A stretch of DNA of 23,576 nucleotides from Armatimonadota bacterium (GTDB lineage Bacteria > Armatimonadota > Zipacnadia > Zipacnadales > UBA5352): positions 1-23,576 of the forward strand of contig JAYENL010000038.1 of NCBI GenBank assembly GCA_034722055.1. Direction: 5' to 3'. Positions 18,231 through 23,576 of the stretch are shown piece after piece. The position numbers were made by a program, and so were the translations under genes. The stretch's first letter is position 1. Each line of letters begins with the position of its first letter. Below the pieces are notes generated by a model. The model was not told the origin of the DNA. It saw only the letters and a program-made list of their open reading frames with translations, and ran no database searches.

Positions 18231-19208
18231 TCAGTCTCCGATGGTCCGGCGCTGCCACCAGTTGGGGCGCTCGGTCAGTATGCGGTCTCGCTCGGCCTCA
18301 TCGAGCTGACCCATGGCCTGCTCCACCACGTCCACGCCGCCCAGGTCGGCCCAGCCGTCGAGCAGCCGAATGGTGACCGGTCCCACCTGGCCGTCGCCGA
18401 CCGGCAGACCGTTGAACATGGTGGCGGGCATGATGCAGTAGGGCGTGGAGGTGAAGAACGCCTCGTCGGCGGTGTAGACGTCATAGGGCTGCAGGTCGCA
18501 GACCTCGGTCGGGATGCCCAGATCCTCGGCGATCTCCAGCGTCGTGTGCCGGGTCACGCCTGCCAGGGCCTGCAGGGTGGGCGGGGTGCGCAGCACACCG
18601 TCCTGGATCACGAAGAAGTTGCCGCCCTTGTTCTCGGTGATGTACCCGTCCGTGTCGAGGAGCACGCCCTGAGCGCGCGGGTCCACCAGCTTCGTCTCCA
18701 GCTCCGCCAGCGTGTAGGCCATGCGGGAGCGGTTCTTGATCTTGGGGTCCAGCGACTGCGCCGGCATCATCCGCGAGGGCGGCGTCACCGCGTGGCAGCC
18801 GTGGATGTAGAACTCCGCCCAGTAGGTCAGGTCCATGGGCGCGGTGTTGAGCATGACGGTGGGCACGCGCTCGCCGCTCTGGTCGCCGCTCATGGGGTAG
18901 CCGCCACGCGAGACGTTATGCACCAGCCACATGTCCTCGCCCGGCTCGTAGAACTGCCGGTTGCGGTCCAGCACCTCGTGGCTGAGGGCAATCATCTCAT
19001 CGGGCGGCATGTCGAAGTCGTAGCGGCACACCTTCATGGAGCGATACAGACGCGCCACGTGATCCTCCAGCCGGAAGGGCTGCTGGTTGAAGGTCCGCGT
19101 GGACTCGGTAACGCAGTCTCCGAGCATGACCGCGGAGTCGAAGATGGAGATCCTGGCCTCCGAGTGCGGCATCCACTCTCCGTTGATATAGGCGAGCGGC
19201 TCGCTCAT
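18231..19208 (-). CDS. Class IV PLP aminotransferase (branched-chain/D-amino acid aminotransferase-like)
   Basis: RBS GGGAG before ATG 19208. Motifs YINGEW, FRLEDHVARL, DPKIKNRSR (catalytic Lys), ENKGGNFF, LAGVTR and ADEAFFTST. Confidence 0.9.
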   Translation of the reverse strand: MSEPLAYINGEWMPHSEARISIFDSAVMLGDCVTESTRTFNQQPFRLEDHVARLYRSMKVCRYDFDMPPDEMIALSHEVLDRNRQFYEPGEDMWLVHNVSRGGYPMSGDQSGERVPTVMLNTAPMDLTYWAEFYIHGCHAVTPPSRMMPAQSLDPKIKNRSRMAYTLAELETKLVDPRAQGVLLDTDGYITENKGGNFFVIQDGVLRTPPTLQALAGVTRHTTLEIAEDLGIPTEVCDLQPYDVYTADEAFFTSTPYCIMPATMFNGLPVGDGQVGPVTIRLLDGWADLGGVDVVEQAMGQLDEAERDRILTERPNWWQRRTIGD

Positions 19209-19437
19209 GGCATCTCCCTCGCTGCTGACGCTCCGTGGGTTCCGACCGCCGGTCGGCCGGGTCCGTGTCATGCCGAATTCGCCCGACAGGCGCGAAGACC
19301 TGCCCGACGCCGCGCAGCGGGCCGTCCATCGGGGGAGGCACGGCGGCGGGTCGTGAGGAAGATGAGGCCCGCGACGGTGGACGCGGCGGCGGCATAGCGA
19401 CGCCGCTCACAAGCATTGGAGCATCAGGAGGCCGCCC
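19209..19437. promoter_or_regulatory. Divergent intergenic region between the aminotransferase run and the CN-hydrolase gene
   Basis: 229 bp between head-to-head starts, each with an RBS. No canonical sigma70 boxes identified. Confidence 0.5.
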
Positions 19438-21222
19438 ATGAAGCTTCTGATTCTGGCGATGATCCCGCTAGTCCTGCTCGGAGCCGGCAATGCTCACGCG
19501 GCGGCTCAGGTCAAGAGCCGCGTGCTGACCATCTCCACGCTCTGCCTGCTCGATGGCGAGGAGTATCGCAACCTCGATCACCTGCTGGGGATGATCGAGG
19601 AGGCGGCGGGGCGGGGCTCACACGACCTCATCGTGGCCCCCTTCACACCCTTCGTGTCCTTCCGCGAGGGACACGAGGAGCAGGACCTGAGCGTGTTCGC
19701 GAAGCTGGCGCGCCAGCACCAGACATGGCTGGCCCTGGCCATGCCCGAGGCGGGGCAGGATGGCTCCACCTACTACACCTCGGTGCTGCTGGACCGCGAC
19801 GGGCGCGTGGCGGGGAAGTATCGCAAGACCCACGCCCTCCCGGACGACCGCATGGCGCTGGGGGACCGGCTCGCCATCCTGGAGACCGACTTCGGCCGGG
19901 TGGCCTTCAGCATCACCTCCGACTTCTACTTCCCCGAGGTCTACACTGTGGAGGCCATGCAGGGCGCTGACATCCTCATCTGGCAGCACTACCTCGAGCG
20001 GTTCCGGGAGCACTATCAGTGGCTCCCGCTGCTGAAGGCCCGCTGCCTCGACAACCACTGCCACATGGTGACATCGATGTACGCCGACCCCCGGACCTAC
20101 ATCACCAACCGCTACCGCCTGGGCATGCAGGGCGCGGCGTGGGGAAGGAGCATGATCCTCAACCGGGCCGGCACGCCTATCGCCGACACCGGCTACGAGG
20201 CGGGCGTGGCGACCGCCATCGTGGACCTCGACCGGCGCAAGGAAGACCCCTATCCCTACTACGAGGCGGAGCCGGTCTTCTTCGTGAACTGCATGGGCGA
20301 CCGGACGGCCTTCCAGCCCATCGCCCAGCCCTGGGAGGCGCCCGAGCTGCCTGACTTCGAGAAGCGCACCGCCCGCGTGGCGGTGGGCTACTTCTGGGGC
20401 GCCGACATGTGGCGCAAGGACAACGTCCCGGAGGTCATGCTGCGGCTGCTCGACGAGGCCGCGGCGGTGGAGCCGGACATCGTGCTGCTCTCGGAGATGG
20501 CCTCCCGCGAGGGCACCGAGACGCAGCAGAGGGTCATGGAGATGGTGGCGGACCGGGCCCGGGAGATGGACGGTTGGATCATCATCGGGGGCCTCGACGA
20601 TCAGGGCCGGCGCAGCCACGCCTGGGTGTGGAATCGCGACGGCGAGGTGGTCTTCAAGGAGCCCATCTACTGGACGGAGGGCTTCGGTGAAATCCGGGTC
20701 CTCGACACCGACTTCGCGCGCATCGGCATCCACACCTGCGGCGACCTCTACATGCAGGAGATCGACCGTGTGCTGGCGCTGAAGGGCGCCGAGATCATCT
20801 TCGACCCCAGCCAGATGTGGGGCGCCGACGGCTACACCAACGAGGTGATGCTGCGCGCGCATGCCGTGGACAACGGCGTCTGGATGGCCTGCGCGCACTG
20901 GAACAGCTCTGACCCCGGCCTGCGCAGCGTCATCGTGGACCCCTACGGGAAGGTCCGCGCCGCCTCCGAGTTCCAGGCCGAGGGCGTCATCTACGTGGAC
21001 ATCGACTTCGAGCGAGAGAAAGTCTACTACGCGGGGCGCAAGCCCGATCAACCCACACGCGGCGAGTCCGGAATCCCCTCGTACTTCAGCGAGGACATCC
21101 CGGAGCAGCGCGCGGGCTGGCGGCGGATGATCTTCGAGCGCAGGCGGCCGGAGCTGTATGGGGTCATCCCCACCGTGAACGAGGTGACGATGCGCTATCG
21201 CCCTGAGAAGCCTCCGCAGTAG
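19438..21222 (+). CDS. Secreted tandem carbon-nitrogen hydrolase (nitrilase superfamily) protein
   Basis: RBS AGGAGG. Signal peptide MKLLILAMIPLVLLGAGNAHA-A. Two CN-hydrolase domains (YRKTH, ETDFGRV..SDFYFPE..GADIL and LLSE, DTDFARIGIHTCGD..GAEII..RAHAVDN), ending RRPELYG. Confidence 0.88.
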   Translation: MKLLILAMIPLVLLGAGNAHAAAQVKSRVLTISTLCLLDGEEYRNLDHLLGMIEEAAGRGSHDLIVAPFTPFVSFREGHEEQDLSVFAKLARQHQTWLALAMPEAGQDGSTYYTSVLLDRDGRVAGKYRKTHALPDDRMALGDRLAILETDFGRVAFSITSDFYFPEVYTVEAMQGADILIWQHYLERFREHYQWLPLLKARCLDNHCHMVTSMYADPRTYITNRYRLGMQGAAWGRSMILNRAGTPIADTGYEAGVATAIVDLDRRKEDPYPYYEAEPVFFVNCMGDRTAFQPIAQPWEAPELPDFEKRTARVAVGYFWGADMWRKDNVPEVMLRLLDEAAAVEPDIVLLSEMASREGTETQQRVMEMVADRAREMDGWIIIGGLDDQGRRSHAWVWNRDGEVVFKEPIYWTEGFGEIRVLDTDFARIGIHTCGDLYMQEIDRVLALKGAEIIFDPSQMWGADGYTNEVMLRAHAVDNGVWMACAHWNSSDPGLRSVIVDPYGKVRAASEFQAEGVIYVDIDFEREKVYYAGRKPDQPTRGESGIPSYFSEDIPEQRAGWRRMIFERRRPELYGVIPTVNEVTMRYRPEKPPQ

Positions 21223-21228
21223 CGACCG

Positions 21229-21454
21229 GAGCTGGGACAGCCGAGATGTTCGCACTGGTGCGCAGTCAGGCGGGCGAGGGCGCCCGCCTCCCAGAATGTA
21301 GTCAGCATGTACTCTTGGAGAGGGCCTGCCTGCCAGGAGTTTGGGGCGGCCGGTCTGCGCCCGAGCGCGGTCGTCGCGTCGTTCCGTGGCACGGAACTCC
21401 TGTCCGCGGGCCGTGCGAGCGGGGACGGGCGGGATGTTGGCGCTGGTGCGCAGT
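21229..21454 (+). repeat. Imperfect 38-bp direct repeat pair (21229-21266 and 21417-21454)
   Basis: GAGCTGGGACAGCCGAGATGTTCGCACTGGTGCGCAGT vs GAGCGGGGACGGGCGGGATGTTGGCGCTGGTGCGCAGT, 32/38 identical and ungapped. Confidence 0.7.
21268..21292. repeat. REP-like palindrome AGGCGGGCG-AGGG-CGCCCGCCT-CCC
   Basis: 9-bp stem with the same 18-nt core as 30-47. The outer base pairs differ but remain paired. Confidence 0.65.
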
Positions 21455-21522
21455 GTGACGCGGATCGGTGCGGTGGGGAGTTCTTGGTCGGCGGAGGGCG
21501 CGTCCTGATCCGCATTACTCGC

Positions 21523-21561
21523 GTAGGTCGGCCTGCGCCCGACGACTATGTCGGGCGCAGG
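21523..21561. repeat. GTAG-type REP-like element with a partial inverted second copy
   Basis: GTAG-GTCGG-CCTGCGC-CCGAC, and a perfect 12-bp inverted repeat CCTGCGCCCGAC-gactat-GTCGGGCGCAGG (21532-21561). No U-tract follows. Confidence 0.55.
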
Positions 21562-21651
21562 TGACAGCGCGCGGCCCCGCGCTCTCAGCTTCCAGCCCGA
21601 CATCGGTTCTGATCGGACAGGTCGAGCCGGCCGTACCTCGCATGGAGACGA

Positions 21652-23576
21652 ATGATGGCGCGTGATGCCGCAGCGGCGCAGCAATCGGGAGAGCAGCGCA
21701 GGACCGCACCTGAGCGACGGCGGATGACGCTCAGGGCGGCGGTCATCAGCGCGCTGACCGCAGCCGTCATTGGCTTCGTCTTCCCCTACGCGAACCTCGT
21801 GATCCGCGGCACTCGCCCCGCGAACACCTCCCTGCCCTTCGGCACTATCGCCATCTTCTTCCTGCTCGTGGCGCTCGTGAACCCGGCCCTGAAGCTGATC
21901 CGCCGCAGGCTGGCGCTGCGGCGATCGGAGCTGCTGGTGGTGTTCGTGGCGGCCCTGCTGGCCTCGTCGGTGGTGACCTGGGGCCTGGTCGGGCAGCTGC
22001 TGCCCATCATGACCGGCGCCACCTACTACGCGACGCCCGAGAACCGGTGGCAGGAGCTGTTCGGCGACCACACGGTCTCGTGGCTGGCGTTGCAGGATGA
22101 CTCGGCGGCGCGGCAGTTCTACGAGGCCACCCCGGCCGGCGCAGGGGTGCCCTGGAGGCCCTGGCTGCTGCCGCTGGGCATGTGGCTGATCTTCACCGTC
22201 GCCCTGGCCGCCACCAGCATCGGCCTGATGATCCTGCTGCACCGGCAGTGGATCGAGCACGAGCGGCTGGTCTACCCGCTGATGTGGCTGCCGCTGGAGA
22301 TGGTGCGCGATGAGCGGCCGTCGAGGCTGTTGTCGGGGCTGCTGCGCAACCGGCTGTTCTGGATCGGGGCGGTGCTGGCCGTCGTTCCCTCGGTAATGAT
22401 CGGGCTGCGGCACTACTACCCGGTGATCCCGCAGATCAAGCTGCGCAACTACGTCACGATTCCCATGCAGCGGGAGCGGCTCGTCCTGAGGCTGTGGTTC
22501 AACTTCTCGGTGGTGGCCTTCGCCTACCTCATCAACGCCGACCTGGGCTTCAGCCTGTCCCTGTTCGCCGTGCTGAGCGCGCTGCAGACGCCGGTGCTGC
22601 GGCTGATGGGCGTGGGGGTCGGCGCCAAGGAGATCTACTCGGCTGGCTCCCAGGCGGTCTCCAACCAGGCCATGGGTGCGATGATCTTCCTGGTCGGCGC
22701 CAGCCTGTGGTCGGCCCGGGAGGACATCGCCGGCGCCTTCCGAGCCGCGCTGGGCGGTGAGGGCACGATTTGGGGGCGGCGCCGGGGAATCGCGCTGGCG
22801 GGGGCGGTGTGCCTGGCCTGTGGGCTGGTGGGCATGCTCTGGTGGCTGACGGCCAGCGGGCTGTCATTCGTCGGCTCCGTGCTGCTGGTCTTCGCCGCCC
22901 TGGCGACGTTCACGGCCCTCACGCGGGCCGCGGTGCAGGGCGGCGTGCCGGTCTCCAGAGCGGCGCTGATCCCCCAGTCCTTCGTGCTGCACGCGCTGGG
23001 CAGCCACGGGGCAGGAGCGCGGGGCATCACCTCACTGGCCTACAGCTTCGCGTGGAGCGCGGACATCCGCGTCTTCATGATGCCCTTCGCCGCGCACGGG
23101 CTGAAGGTCTGGGGGGAGTCCCGGGGCTCGTGGCGGGGCTTCCTGCCGCTGGCGGCCGCCACCCTGGCCGTGGCGCTGGTAGTCTCAACCGTCACCACGC
23201 TGGTCCTAGCCTACGGCCGGGGCGGCGTCTCCCTCAGCGCATGGCTCTTCGGCGGCTGCCCGCGCTCGGCGTTCACGTATGCCGCCGCGGCCATGCAGAA
23301 TCCCATCACGCCCTCGCTGAGCTGGTGGCTGTGGATGGTCGCCGGTGGGGTGGTGATGTGGGGCCTGACGGCCGTGCACATGCGCTTCATCGGCTGGCCG
23401 CTGCACCCGCTGGGCTTCGCCATCGCGCCCACCCAGCCGGTGCAGGACCTGTGGTTCTCGATCCTCATCGGCTGGGTGGTGAAGGCGTGGGTCCTGCGCT
23501 ACGGCGGCTACCGCATCTACGAGGGCGGCACGCGGGTGATGCTCGGCCTGATCCTGGGCCAGTTCCTCACCTGCGC
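21652..23576 (+). CDS. DUF6785/DUF6784-type polytopic membrane protein (putative transporter), truncated by the window edge
   Basis: Absent from the ORF track because no stop falls inside the window. GGAGA precedes ATG ATG at 21652/21655. Hand translation gives many TM helices and the motifs VNPALK..ELLVVF, YYATPENRW, VPWRPW, RQWIEHERLVYPL, WPLHPLGF and WFSILIGWVVK..LRYGG. Confidence 0.8.
   Translation, partial: MMARDAAAAQQSGEQRRTAPERRRMTLRAAVISALTAAVIGFVFPYANLVIRGTRPANTSLPFGTIAIFFLLVALVNPALKLIRRRLALRRSELLVVFVAALLASSVVTWGLVGQLLPIMTGATYYATPENRWQELFGDHTVSWLALQDDSAARQFYEATPAGAGVPWRPWLLPLGMWLIFTVALAATSIGLMILLHRQWIEHERLVYPLMWLPLEMVRDERPSRLLSGLLRNRLFWIGAVLAVVPSVMIGLRHYYPVIPQIKLRNYVTIPMQRERLVLRLWFNFSVVAFAYLINADLGFSLSLFAVLSALQTPVLRLMGVGVGAKEIYSAGSQAVSNQAMGAMIFLVGASLWSAREDIAGAFRAALGGEGTIWGRRRGIALAGAVCLACGLVGMLWWLTASGLSFVGSVLLVFAALATFTALTRAAVQGGVPVSRAALIPQSFVLHALGSHGAGARGITSLAYSFAWSADIRVFMMPFAAHGLKVWGESRGSWRGFLPLAAATLAVALVVSTVTTLVLAYGRGGVSLSAWLFGGCPRSAFTYAAAAMQNPITPSLSWWLWMVAGGVVMWGLTAVHMRFIGWPLHPLGFAIAPTQPVQDLWFSILIGWVVKAWVLRYGGYRIYEGGTRVMLGLILGQFLTC

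Noticed and set aside
8843..18233. TGA readthrough or selenocysteine at gene ends
   Set aside because: The TGA stops fall at plausible family C-termini and no motif-bearing continuation follows them.
16851..19208. Assigning gene symbols hemL and ilvE
   Set aside because: Family membership is clear, but the context and divergent motifs do not support housekeeping orthology.
9174..19208. Classical O-antigen or aminoglycoside biosynthetic cluster
   Set aside because: No glycosyltransferase, nucleotidyltransferase, cyclitol synthase, flippase or resistance gene in the window. Not fully excluded if those genes lie elsewhere.
17148..19397. 749-aa plus-strand ORF and similar long ORFs (5452..7356, 15473..17014, 149..1432, 1472..2767, 9153..10445)
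   Set aside because: All lie antisense to genes with clear family motifs and have no domain signal of their own.
21223..21651. CRISPR array, riboswitch or intrinsic terminator in this intergenic region
   Set aside because: Only two imperfect repeats 188 bp apart, no cas genes, no recognisable riboswitch consensus, and the hairpins lack U-tracts.
19618..22413. 931-aa minus-strand ORF
   Set aside because: Antisense shadow of the CN-hydrolase and DUF6785-type genes, with no recognisable motifs. Long stop-free antisense frames are expected at this GC content.

Overview
High-GC bacterial genomic DNA, densely coding, with no rRNA, tRNA, CRISPR array or intact mobile element recognised. The window holds 13 protein genes (one runs off the right edge) plus one eroded gene fragment. 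The main feature is a tightly spaced 7-gene minus-strand run (19208 to 9174). It encodes three PLP aminotransferases of different families (class IV, class III, DegT/DnrJ), a Gfo/Idh/MocA oxidoreductase, a transglutaminase-fold Cys-His-Asp enzyme, a NodB/deacetylase-like protein and a secreted sialidase-like/LamG/5-blade-propeller fusion. Around it lie a secreted tandem carbon-nitrogen hydrolase whose first domain lacks the catalytic Glu and Cys, a GH20 hexosaminidase, a beta-helix/CBM9-like protein, a second deacetylase-like protein, a DUF6785-type membrane protein and an MFS gene that appears to have lost TM2-TM5 in frame. My inference is that this is an uncharacterised amino-sugar or N-acyl-glycan processing locus without SusC/D. 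The gene content suggests Armatimonadota or a similar lineage. All family calls come from motifs recognised by eye, not from database searches.
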